A DNA stretch of 63,999 nucleotides, the filler included, from Streblomastix strix (taxonomy: Eukaryota), in the NCBI GenBank assembly GCA_008636045.1. It is 3 parts of 3 records of this genome, joined end to end, with 100 filler letters (N's around TTAATTAATTAA, not from the genome) between each part and the next. Parts side by side here need not be neighbours in the genome. Positions count along the whole stretch, not along the records: positions 1 to 21,764 come from SNRW01000355.1; positions 21,865 to 43,590 come from SNRW01000356.1; 1 more part is not named here. One strand, written 5' to 3'. Positions 13,630-30,223 of this stretch are shown here, in pieces. The notes below the pieces were generated by a model. The model did not search any database and had not been told where the DNA came from. It was given only the letters and a program-made list of their open reading frames with translations. Every line of letters starts with the position of its first letter. Position 1 is the first letter of the stretch. Made by a program: the position numbers and the translations under genes.

Positions 13630-15090
13630 AGATATTTTTTAAATATAGCATTATATATATGTTTCATAAGATTTTTAAAAATTAATAAAAATAATATTTT
13701 AGAATATTAATTTTTAATAAAAATTTATTTAATTGAAAACTTTTATTAATTTACAAATTTTGTATATTTTTTAAAAAAAAAGTTTAATAATATATAGATT
13801 AATGAAAAATTAATATTTTTATAAAAATATTTATTTTGTCGTATAATTTTTTTGTTATATATGATTAATGCTTGCATATTAATTGTATTTTAATAAAATT
13901 TATCCATATATTTTAAACATAACGATTTTTTTAGTAAATTATAGTTTTTACTATAAATATTTAGATAATTATTCGAATATTATCTGTATAAACGAATTTT
14001 ATCAAAGATTTAGAATTATTTTAATTTTTTTTAATAAAAAATGTTAATAAAAATTTTTATTTAGAAAAATTATATAAAATATAAAAAATTTTAAATTGAA
14101 TTTTTATAAAAATTACTATCATATTTAAAAATAGAATATTTTTGAAATTTTTAAATTTATATTTATTTTCAAATGTAATTAAATATTATTTATATAGATA
14201 TATGAATGAGCTATTCTGTATGTTTAAAAAAACTCAATTTTTATCATAGAAAAATTTTTGATTTTATAAGTTTCTTACTTTTAACAATTTGATATAATAA
14301 AAGCATACATATTAATATTTTTTATGTTTTTGAAAATTATTCCTATAAATATAATGCGAATCCCGAGATATTCAAATTTTACAAAAAATTAAATATTTGA
14401 TATTTAAACTGAATTACATATGTAAATTAAATAAATGAATTTAAGATAATTGTTTAAAAATGACAATTATTTATTAATTAAATTTAAATAAGTTATTTGG
14501 TTTATTAATTTTTTTTAAAAAATAATAAAGATTACATTTAATTACAGTTGAAAATAAATAAAAAAATTTTATTTCAAAAAAATTTTCTATTTTTAAATAT
14601 TATAATAATTTTTTTAAAAATTCAATTTAAAATTTATAATTTTTAAAATAATTTTTCTAAATTAAAATTTTTTATTAACATTGTTTAATAAAAACTATTA
14701 TAGTAATTCTAAATCATTAATAAAGTTCATTTTAACAAATAAAATTCGAATGATTATCACAATATTTAAAGTAAACACCGTAATTTACGAAAAAATCTTT
14801 ATGTTCAAATTATACAGATAAATTTTATTAAAAAATACAATAGTTTGCAAGCATTAATCATATATAACATAATATATTATATGGAAATTTTGATATTCTT
14901 ATAAAAATTTTAATTTTTCTTTAATATTTACTCAACAAAACTTTTTAAAAAAAAATGCAAAATTTGTAAATAAATAAAAATTTTCTATTAAATATATTAT
15001 TATTAAAAATTATTAATCTAAAATATATTTTTTAATAATTTTTAAAAATTTAGTAAAATATATATGTTATTGCTAAAAAATTTTTTTAAT
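13630..15090. repeat. Long imperfect inverted repeat (foldback/MITE-like), arms ~13630-14200 and ~14500-15090, nested in the Sola-like element
   Basis: For example GTTATATATGATTAATGCTTGCA at ~13854 versus TGCAAGCATTAATCATATATAAC at ~14846. Similar colinear inverted matches extend along both arms. Confidence 0.75.
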
Positions 15091-15269
15091 TTAATTATAT
15101 AGATACTATATAATTTATGTAGCATACGAATAAGTTATCATAACTTTATGATTCAAATCCAAAATCCGTTTAAATTAAAAATTTTTATTTTTATTCAATA
15201 AAAAAACAGATAAAATAATTCAGGAATATTTCAATTTTTTTTAAGTAATTTATATTATATTTTGAAAAT

Positions 15270-17364
15270 AATTTTATAAAACAGAGCCATCATTAGTCGA
15301 ATATTGCAACAGTAGATATTTTAGAGTTCTACGAACTGCTCGTTCTGTTGGAACCATTTCAAAAATTTGTTCACCTAAATCGTCTACCCTAGTAAATGAT
15401 CGAGCAACAATATTTACATCTGACTCCGGATGACTTAAAAATTGCTTAAATCTTTCAATGTTCAGATATTCTGCAATAAAATCAAACTTATCTATATTAA
15501 ACCTAATAAATAATGATAGAAATAAAAATTAATGATTCCATAAATTTGAATAAATATTTTTTAATATATATCAGATATTAATATTACACTTTATTATTTC
15601 ATCATCAAGTGATTCATCTTTTTGACTCAGAGCTTACCATAAAGTAAGAAGACGTAATTCAGTTGCTAATCCATAATAGGAATCAAAAATACGTTCTGGT
15701 GCTTATTTTTCTTGATATCTTGCAAATAAATTTACATCAAAACTTAATCATGGTAGAATTATATTTTCAGAATTCATTAATGATTAAGTTAACTATTTGT
15801 TTCGAAAGTGGACACTTCCGTCCGACCACAAATGCACAGAATATATATCTTTCATAAATTTACACCTAATTATTCACTTTACTACTCGCAAAGCAAATGG
15901 TTCCACATGGTTCAACATTATAGATAAAATGTTTATATCTTTCATTGCTACTTCTTCATCTTCAATACCTTTGTATACGACAGTTATTTGGCATGCAACA
16001 GGAGTATTGCCATAAAAGCTAGCACCATCTTGATATCATTCGAATACAAGATTGAAATTCTTCTTGAAGTTAATATGAAATACTGCATCATGAAATTGTA
16101 GAAATTCCATTTGTGTCCATAGTCACTCTCTTTAATGATCAGCTTTTCGAATGAGAATTTTCCGGCCTATTATGAACTTCTGATCAATGGGTAGTAGTAA
16201 GTTAATGCAATTTTCTTCTGCTATTTATAAAAGAAAAGATTATCTGCCCTTTTACAATCGTTGCATAGATCTGTTCGTGACATTTATTCAGTAAAATTGT
16301 CCGACTTATTATAAAATGATCCATCTGATATCTTTGCAAAAAGAAATAACTGCTTAAACATGGCAAACAACAGACGTTAGTTCATATATATTACTCGCAT
16401 TTTGTTGATTCTAGACAATATAGAACAGGATCAATAGATATATTTCCTTCTTTCAATATTTTTTCAAGTTTAACTGATTTTAGATCCTTTTTGATTAGCA
16501 CATTTTATTCAACAACTATTATTTCTTGCAGAACTCTTTCCTTTGTTTGAGTTTATACATAACGTTTTGATAAATCAGATTCATCTTTATCCATTTTCTA
16601 TTTAATATTTTTGAATTCTTCATTCATTTTATAATTTTCTCTTTTCAATCTCTTTCTCTTTCAACTTATACATATTTTTTAATTCAACTATTTATTCTGG
16701 TATAGTTTCTAAGTCTCAATTCAATAATATTCTCTCCAAAGTTTAACTAATTGGCTATAGAAATCTTTTATAGAAGTTAGTAACTCCTGTTAAGTATTCT
16801 ATTTAAAGTTTCTATAACAATAAATTATAGAAAATTAAAAATTTTTGAAAATTATAATGATATAATTTTAGTTATTTTCCAAACTTAAAGAATTTGAAAT
16901 ATTAAAATTTTTCTCATTCTGACTTAAACTCTTCTGGAATCGACACATATTGAAGCTTAAAATTATTAATTACAAAAAAAATATTTTTTTAAATATCTTT
17001 GAATAAAATATTCAAACTTTAACCTCTTTAATACAAATAAGAAGTATAAGAGTAATAAAGCAGGAAACTTATCAGTAGTATAAGATGAAGTATGTGAATC
17101 CCGTCGTTTCTTGTTATTTTAAATCTCAAATCTTATGAAGGACGGAAACAGTGATAAAAGATTCTTAAATTTGTTGAATTATACTCAGATTATGATATGT
17201 TGCATTTTCTAGTCAATCAATTGGCAATAATTCATTTCAACTACAACAGATGAGAGAATCGGGATTTAAAAGCTTTTTGGTGAAATGATTTCCATCTTCA
17301 GACAAATTTCATTTATCTCTTTTATTTATTTCCTCTTCCACTCAGTAATTCGCTTCGTTTTCAT
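15270..17364 (-). pseudogene. Decayed Sola-like DDD transposase
   Basis: AVFHINFKKNF (cf. DFxENY), VHLWSDGSVHFRNK (cf. WSDGxxxQFKN) and LFARYQEKQAPERIF (cf. F...HGK.P.D) occur in one frame, with several in-frame TGA. Confidence 0.7.
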
Positions 17365-19069
17365 ATTTTATATTTTTTGAAAATACGAGCAAGCAAACAT
17401 TGTTTCAACATAAATATAACATTTTCTACATTAGTATAGTTTATTAATCAAAAATCAAATTAGAAATTAAAAAAAAATTTAATAAACTTACTATGAATCA
17501 AAAAAAAAACTTACAACAACCCAGCCAGACTCCATATGTTTCAAAATTCTTACAGCGACCAAGCCGGTCGCTATAAGACTCAAAAATCTTACTACGACAA
17601 GGCCGGTCGCGGTATTCAAAAATAAAATCGCAGTCGCTATAATAATTCCCCAGAAAATAAGTTATTGTTACAACATATAAATTAAAATAGAAATTTCAAA
17701 AATATCAAGAAATATGTTTCCAGAAATAGATGATAATTTTCTAACAAACAGTAGAGGCAAAGATAATGAACTATTATGGTAATTATCTCAAATACTTCAA
17801 ATTTTAATAAAAGGAAGTAATGATACCATGGAATAAACGTTTTATTGGAATATTATAATGTAATCATTAAAAGAAACAATTGTTTTCATTTGGATTACTT
17901 CATAAATCTTAAAGAAATTAAATTGAAATTACTGAACATCCATTAAATACTAGTATTAACGACTATAAATAACTTATTAATGAAAATCAAAATAACTTTT
18001 CAATTTTACGTACATAAGATTTTTCAGAAAATCATTTAGGTAGTAGTATTCATTTTTTTGTCAGTTTTTAATAAAATACTGAGAAAATTTAAAATATTTA
18101 AGATATATATTTTAAACTTTAATTATCATTTCCTTCATAAAATGAGGAAAATAAATTATTATGTAAAAAATTAAATAATTAATTTTTAATCAATAAATTT
18201 AGTTTTAGAAAAGGATACAAATACTAGAATAAAGATTACAAAATAAATTAATTGTTTCTTAAAAATTAAATGATTCAATTATAAAAAAAAGTTAAAATTT
18301 ATTTTAATTATTTTAGAAATAATTTAAAAAAAAATTTTTTTTAATAAATTTTTATTTAAAATTTTGAATTTCTTAAATTAAAAATATTATACTTTAGTTA
18401 AAATGTTATGAATGTAGATAAATTTATAGTATAAAAAGCGTATTATAGAAAAATAATTTTAATAAATTAATTTGTTAATTTTTTTTCTATATTTTTTTTT
18501 AAATTTTATGGTCGTAATAAAGAGTGCTTTTCATTTTTTAATTCAATTTTATTAATATTTTAATAATAATAAATCTTTCTTTTATTATTTTTTTGTCTAT
18601 TTTATTCTTTTCATTAAATTATTCGAATTACTCGCAATTATAATACAATTTATAAATATTACATTAGGTTTTTTAAGTGCCTATTTATATTCTAAGTCAT
18701 ACAATTCTAATTAATTAAAAAATTTTATAAAATTTATTATTTTAATTAAATATTCCATTAATTTGTATATTATTATTAAAATATGAAATTTTTTCTGATC
18801 AACTTTCTTTTCGTTTTTTTAGTGATTCTATTTCAAATCTTACGTTACTGTATTCTAGCTTTAATTTTTTTTTACTATAATGTTTCTTTCATTTATTTTA
18901 ATAATTATAAAGACTAATTTCTTTAATTTACTTAATTATGTAAATTCAAATATTTTAATCAATCATTACTGCAATACTATTTAAATTTAATTATTCTTTT
19001 TAAAAAAATTGCACTATTTATATATATTCTTTAGATTAGATAAAATTTAATTGAAATAAATTTATAAAT

Positions 19070-19990
19070 ATAAATTAATTCTAAAGCACAGAAGCAATGA
19101 AGACTTACTCTTGAATTTTTAAGAAATTCTTTATGATACAACGATTGCGCATAAAGTTTTTAGTAACACCACTTTTAGAAATTAAGTTTTTAATCGATAT
19201 TCTTTTTTGTTTGAAATTTTTAGTTGTCTTTAAAGAGACGTTGTTATATATTCAAGAAGCAATTTGAATAAATTATTGTTTTTTTAATGAATGAACTTAT
19301 GGTTTGATTATGGAAAATTTTGAAAAAATTTAGATGAAATCGGAGAGATAAACGGGTCGAATGTATTATATGCACAACGTTAAAAGCTAACCTACAAAAC
19401 CATATTTTGATTAGAAGCAGCAGCTAAAACATTTTTCTATATATTAACTCCAAAATAATCCTTACATCCTTTAGTGAGCCTCACTGCGACTTCGCTTGGA
19501 AATATTAGTTCAGAAACACAAATTTAGTCAATTATGTTCGGAAAACAATTACAAAATCCTCTCTCATCAGTTTGATCGATTGTGGTAAAAATCATTGTAC
19601 TCTATTCACAAACTTGAAACTTTTGAATTTTAAATTCGAATATGATTCCTATTTACTGTGTTTAAGTTGTCATTTCAGCATGATTTCGTGAGCCCAAAAC
19701 AAGATGCTAAAAATGAAATTCTTCACCATGTTTGTTAAAATAATAGCATATCAATTAATTTATATCTCTTTCAGAGTACTACGATAAAGGCATGCACACT
19801 TTTTAGATTAGTTCTTTCATTATATTTGCCACTTCTGGGACATTGAACTTCTGTATGCTTCTAATCAATCAAGATACTATATTTTCTTAGATTTCAATAT
19901 TAGTAGTTTCATTTTTATCAGCTTTAACTACTTGCTAAATGACTGCAATGCTTAAAGTCATAGAAATCACAGACGCAGTATCTTCAACAA
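19070..19990 (-). pseudogene. Possible degenerate hAT-like transposase fragment
   Basis: Minus strand gives KELIQKVCMPLSQYSE and DYFGVNIQKNVLAAASNQNMVLQVSFQRCAYNTFD, weakly resembling hAT 'LPLS.VE' and 'KV..V.TDNA.NM...RC.AH.L'. Heavily decayed. Confidence 0.4.
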
Positions 19991-20934
19991 GTTGAGATTT
20001 ATATATATATATCGAGTTCTTTTGCAGATTAAGTCAATATTTCAAATTAATTTTTTAGTAAATTAAGTAAAAAATTATTCATTATAATAAATAATAAATT
20101 TGTAAGTATTGCATAAAAAATTTTGAAGTTCATTATTTTGATAGAAAAAAGTACAAATGATCAATTTTATGTTTAATACAAATTATTGAACTATGTTTTT
20201 AAGTCTATAGAATTTTGATTGTGCTGAATTAATAATATATTTATATCGCTTTGAATTGGTCAGTTTTATAAAAGGAATTTTTTGAAAATTAAAAAGTACA
20301 TTTCCTAAATTTAAACTAATTTTCGATTCACACATGCAAATATAATTTTTTCACAAAACTATTGAGATATTTGGTGCGAACCTGTTGGGTCTTCTACAAT
20401 ATCATAGTTGAACTATTGTAAGGAATATTCATCTTATAATTCAATTTATTTTATATTTTTTCTTAGAATCTAAAATTAATGCACGCACAACATCAGAAAA
20501 ACGCAACTTAGGAAATTTGCATTTTCTCATATACACAGCAATATATTTATTAAACCGAAGGACAATGTTCGAGATTGAATTGAAAAAATAATTTTTTTTG
20601 AATTTCTAAATCATAAGCAGAAAGAAAATAAAGTAGAATTAAATTTGTAATAAATGTATATAATTGTATTTATTAGAAAAATATCAATAAAATATTTTGG
20701 CTGGAATCTACTGATTACGTATTTAACAATTTATTTGTTGGTCTATTGATTATTGTAAAAATTTACAAAAATTAAATTGGAAGATTGAAATTAAATAAGA
20801 TATTTAAAACAGGCAATTTCAAAGTCATAACTTTATATAAAATATAAAAATCGATTTATCTATTTCATAGAGAAAAAGTTGAGAAAGTTTTAGAAACGTA
20901 AAATTTTTTTAATATATTAGATGCATTTTAAACG

Positions 20935-21764
20935 TTCAATCATAATCGAAGATGTCATCATTTTCATCTTTTGCTTCGGAATTCCCTTGAATTCTCTATA
21001 TTCCTTGAAAGATATTCTCATTTGAAGCAATTATGCCATTCGTTATGTCCTCATCATACAACTCTGCCAAAATATTATATAATGTTGATATGCTTATTAC
21101 GAATTTACGAGGAAATAGAGTATTATATTATTTTTTCCAATCTAATCTTAGATTTTCAAGAAGTAGATAGTAAAGCTCCTTAACTGCAAAATCTGTCAAT
21201 CCGCGATGGCGTGCTTGAAGAAATATTGACTTAAGTTTATTAACGTTGTCAGTTGCGGGCATGTGAAGCTAGTTGAGAGCTTTTATGAATTGGATGGGAA
21301 TATAAGCGGAGAAATTTTGCTTTTACAAGATTCCGGCTGTTTCATGTATTTCAGAAATCTCTAACAATTAACAATTCTATGTGATAATGTTTTTAGTAAT
21401 TACATATTTCTCATTTCTTATCTCTCCAATTTGGTTGGTTTCATTTCTTTTGAGCAATTTTTTTCTTTCTTTATTTCTGAATTTTCTTAGGTCCGGGTTT
21501 CTGCTTTTACTCCTCAAATGCTTTCAATTTTATTATTTTTGGTGAATCAACCTTTTTGCATTTAGATTTTTATTAATTTAATTTTTGTGAAGTCTCAATT
21601 TTCAGAGAATCTACCTATGGGCGCAATGATTTAGGTAATCATTATGAAGATGATATATTAAATTCAGGAAGCTATTTTAATAGTTTGCTGATTTCTTCCT
21701 AGAATTGAGTTTTAGATTTAATAATTAAAATTGTTTGATTAAATTTAGATGAAATAGAAGTGAT
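20935..21764 (-). CDS. Hypothetical protein, 3' part (5' end lost at linker)
   Basis: Open under table 6 (…KQKPGPKKIQKQRKKKLLKRNE…LKSIFLQARHRGLTDFAVKELYYLLLENLRLDW…). A putative 37-nt GT-AG intron (~21063-21099) restores frame to …DENDDIFDYD*. No family recognised. Confidence 0.5.
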
Positions 21765-21864
21765 NNNNNNNNNNNNNNNNNNNNNNNNNNNNNNNNNNNN
21801 NNNNNNNNTTAATTAATTAANNNNNNNNNNNNNNNNNNNNNNNNNNNNNNNNNNNNNNNNNNNN
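21765..21864. other. Artificial contig linker N44-TTAATTAATTAA-N44
   Basis: Exactly 100 nt, with a six-frame standard-code stop cassette in the middle; identical to 43591-43690. Confidence 0.95.
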
Positions 21865-23964
21865 TTGGCAGACCCTGTAACTTTTCTTGCTCGTGTTAGA
21901 AAGACATATGAAGGAAGAAATAAATAAGATGATTTAGATGCATATTTGTTGATAACACTTGCATTGATACAACACCTACAATTCACAAACAAGGGATCTC
22001 TTAATATTGATTCATATTAGAAATCTTCGTCATCATCATCTGCAATGCAAAAGGATTTTATGGGGTATTACAAAATATCTATTGAAATAAATATAATATT
22101 TCTTACACTATATATTTTTATTTTGCTATTTTAACTTGAATAGTCCTACTGTTAATCTTGAAGGTCGTGAGCTTGCAGATGAATTACTTCGTGAAGTTTA
22201 GGATCTTGTAGAAGATCGTATTGGGATTGTAGATCCTGGTATTCACATGGCTCTCGAGGCTTGATATATTAATTATTTTTGAATACTCAATTGAAATATC
22301 ATTGCATTATATATATATACATTATGTTGTTTTATTTAATTAATGTATTTATTTGTTTTAATTTCAATTCAGGCACCAGTTGAAGATCCTGTTGTTGGAA
22401 TGCTATTTCTTGTCTTAGCTGAGAAAGCTCAGGTTTGGAAAATGAAAATATAAAAGGATAATTGAATAATAAATATTTAGACTGATTTTGTATTAACAAT
22501 TTTTTCTTAAATTTATAATCATTATTTCAGCTTCAAAACGATTATATGGGCTTCTATTCTAATATGTTGGGTTATCTTTCAAGAGTTCCACTTGAGGTAT
22601 TTATTTTAATTTTATATATGTAAAATTTTATTAATTAATTTAATTTTTTTACTTTGTTATTTTAGTCGATCAAATTTGAAACTCAACGTGAAATTGCAAC
22701 ATCGTTAGCTATCTCTGCACTTGTCTCTCCAGATATATTTACCTTTGGAGAATTAGTATGCGATATAAAGCATAAAATATTACTAAAAGCTAAATATTTA
22801 TTATTTGTAGATATGAATTGATTTTATTTTCGATATTTTTCTATAAATAGGTCAGCCACCCCGTCCTGCAAAGTTTAAAAGTATGTATTGAAAATTAAAT
22901 AAATAAATAAAACTTATTAATATACATCTTTTACTACTCATATCCAATAACTCAGGATTAATCAATATCATCAACACCAACAACATCTCCAATTGATTCC
23001 AGGCAACTGGACAAACTTCAGACTCTTTCAGTATCACAGCAGACCCAGATTCCCAATTAGCAGTCTTTGTAATGGTTGTATGATCTTGTGGCCATATTTG
23101 ATGAAGCATCACCTCAGAAATACACAGAGTTTGTAGCTGCTAATGTTGAGTAGATGAAGTTGAATGTTTGTTTTTGTTTTATAGATAATGGCTTATATGA
23201 TATTAATATCTGAATGTAAATATATACGATAAATAATAATATTATTATTATTATTCTACATATTCAACATCAGCCAACACTTGTTGTCCATTCAGACCAA
23301 CTGAAGAACAAGATCCGTGTAGCATCATTTGTATCAGCTGTCTTCGCTAAATAAGGAATCAGTGCAGTTACATAATCAGATTAATAAGTAAAAGAGATGG
23401 AGAAGGATTTAGATTAGAAAGAAGGGAAAGGAGATGAGAATGAAAAAGAGAGAACTGGTTCAAAGACCATTTCATTTGAGGAAATTGCTCAAGTATACTT
23501 TATTATTGAATCATTATTTATTATTTATTTATTTGTTAAATAATATTTAATCTAGATCACACAAATGGATGAAAATGCTGTTGAATTTCTTGTCTTGAAA
23601 GCATTTGCAGCTGGTCTTGTAACAGGAAGAATTGATGAAGTGTGATTTAATAAATTGAATTCATTTTTTTAGTTTATATTTTTCATTAATTCTATTTTTC
23701 CATATCAATAATTCCCTTCAATCATACAAAGGTCTCTCGTGTTGTACGAATTGAATATGTGAAGCCTCGTTTGCTATCCAAATTCCACATCGCACAACTT
23801 TATCGCAAAGTCGAAGAATGGGGAAAAAATATGAAAGTTTGTATTAAGAAAGAGAATTGATTGAATTACAATAAGAATAACCATTATAATTATTTCTTAT
23901 ACTCTTATTATTTTATTAGGATGCTGAGCGCTTTTTACACTCGTAGATAAACAGAGAAAAATGA
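21865..23964 (+). CDS. RPN9: 26S proteasome non-ATPase regulatory subunit Rpn9/PSMD13 (PCI domain); 5'-partial, multi-exon
   Basis: Spliced translation includes DYMGFYSNMLGYL, LAISALVSPDIFTFGELVSHPVLQSLK, WLYDLVAIFD, ISFEEIAQITQMDENAVEFLVLKAFAAGLVTGRIDEVSRVVRIEYVKPRLL and ends EKTGA-stop at 23962-23964. Confidence 0.9.
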
Positions 23965-24355
23965 ACAACGAACATATATATGTAAAGAGTGATTATGAAG
24001 TTGTTTCTAAGAAGAATGGGTACATGAGCTTAATGAACAAATGTGATGTTGGATTTTATAGTTTTTTCTTCAATAAATATAAATAAATAAATATAATGTA
24101 TTGCTGATCAATAATTTTGGTAAGAAAAGTTAAAATCCTAAAATCTAATTGTATTATTTAAGATTATATATATAGAACAGATTAAAAAACCCGATAAACA
24201 ATAAACTGTTTAATGATATGAATTTCCTTTAGCATATTCATCTTTTATACCTTATATGTACTATTCCTTAAATTGTGTCATTCAACGATATGCTGGGTTA
24301 AGTTGATGAAAACTTTTTTCGCAATAAACACATTGCCTTTTCATATGCAAGGTTT

Positions 24356-28382
<4,027 letters not shown>

Positions 28383-28619
28383 AGCTTATTATCTTCAAAT
28401 ATAAACTGATTCAATAAAAAAAAATTGCTTAGCTTTTTGGACTCCATGGTATTTGATTTTTATACACCCAAATGGTAAAAATAAATCAAATTATTTGTTT
28501 TTTTTAGAAAATTATAAAGTTTATTAATTTTGATAATTATTACATGTACATAAATTAAAAACAATTATTTCAAAATTAAAATTACAGAAGTAAAAATTAA
28601 TCTAATTAGGAATTTTTAA

Positions 28620-29760
28620 TCACATAGTTCTTCTGTTTAGCTCCAATAGCAATGAAAACAGCACTTCGAGGAATTGAATTTTAATCATCTTTAATTTATA
28701 TTTTCCATCCACACTTAAATGGTTAATTTTTTTTAAAAGGGTAGGAATTATCATTAATATAATATTAAAGCTCAAATAATCGTCTATGTGTTAATATTTA
28801 ATAAAATATTAAACATATTTCAATTACAAGCAAAAATATTATTTCATAGTAATTCATCTCCAATCAAACTAAAGCAACCATTCAAATGCGGATAAAGAAT
28901 ATCAATTCAAGTTTATCTAATAAAAATTCCACGAAAGCAGCTTGCATTGTGGATGAGATTCAATAAAAGAACTGTGTGATTAATATACCTAATTAAATTT
29001 GGTTTAATATATGTTGATTCTTCTTTAATTTGTTATGAATTTGATTTTTATTCTATTAATTATTAATTTGATTCATAATCCTATTCAAATTATTTTCTTT
29101 AATTTTATATGAAGTTATTATTTGGATTATGTTTTGTTGTTAATGAATTTGATTATTTATATGTGGAAAATGAATGTGTATTTATTAATGAGTGATTAGT
29201 GTTAATGAATTAAAAAGAATAGATCTTTAATAAGGAGATTAATAATATCTTTTCATTGGATTACTCTGATATTATTGTGATAAATAAATGATTTGTTAAT
29301 TAATTGATTTATTTTGATGGTTAATCATATCATGAAGGTGTACAATATGGTGAACTTGAATAAGAATAAGATGATGAATTCAATCCACGAGTTTATATAT
29401 ATTAATAACGTTTATTTTGTTTCATTAGATAATTCGTTAATTCTTGATTTCCAAAAGATTATCGAAGTTATTCTCCAGTTTCATCAAATATTTGCTGTTA
29501 TTCAACGAAAGTACTATTCAATTACATTCTAATAGGTAATTATTATGAAGGAGGAAATAGTATAATTTTTGATTTGATCTTATTGATAAGAAATTTATAA
29601 GTGCAATCAATGACTATTTGAAGTTAATTCTTTCCTTTTAGATCAGGATGAATAATTATTAAATATTAGATTTTCTAATTTATTCTAAAGATATAAATAA
29701 ATTAAAAATAACATATTTTTGAATAAAAGATTAGTTAGAAGCAGAAGGTTCTTAAATAAA
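28620..29760 (-). pseudogene. Possible decayed coding fragment, family unclear
   Basis: Coding-like composition on the minus strand with interrupted frames; no motif recognised. Confidence 0.25.
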
Positions 29761-30223
29761 TTATAAAATCTCGATTTTAATAGATTAAATAAGTTTATGA
29801 GGGTAGTATAATTTTAATAATATTGTATAAAGCAAATATTAATAAATATATTATACATTATTGTTTTATTGAAGCCTTCAAGTATCACAAAAAATCGGTT
29901 TTGTTATTTTATTATTATTAGTGGATTTTCTTAGGCCAAAAATTTGTATTTTAGTTGAATTTACTAAAAATATAGTTTAGAATATACTTTGATGTTGTTT
30001 AAATATAATAACGCTCAATGATTCTAAGTTATACGCGAAAATTTCAAGTTTTAAAATAGAAAATATTTAAAATAATGTTAAATGATTAATAAATTTGATA
30101 TTGAACTGAAATAAGTGAATACGAATAAAAATATGTTATTTGATGAAATATTTGTATGATGTTTTTCAAGCTATATATACTTTCAAACCAAAAAAAATAT
30201 TTATTATTTTCTTTCTTGCTTCA

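Larger units (their letters stand above)
13431..17643 (-). mobile_element. Sola-like DNA transposon with ~100-bp imperfect TIRs and putative AATT target-site duplication
   Basis: The left end ATTACAGCGATCGCGATTTT...TAGCCACCGGCTGGGTTGCTGTA (13431-13523) is the imperfect reverse complement of the right end (~17550-17643). AATT flanks both sides (13427-13430, 17644-17647). A decayed transposase lies inside. Confidence 0.75.

Noticed and set aside
21765..21864. TTAATTAATTAA palindrome flanked by N runs (also 43591-43690)
   Set aside because: Identical artificial 100-nt linker; not biological, and adjacency across it carries no synteny information.
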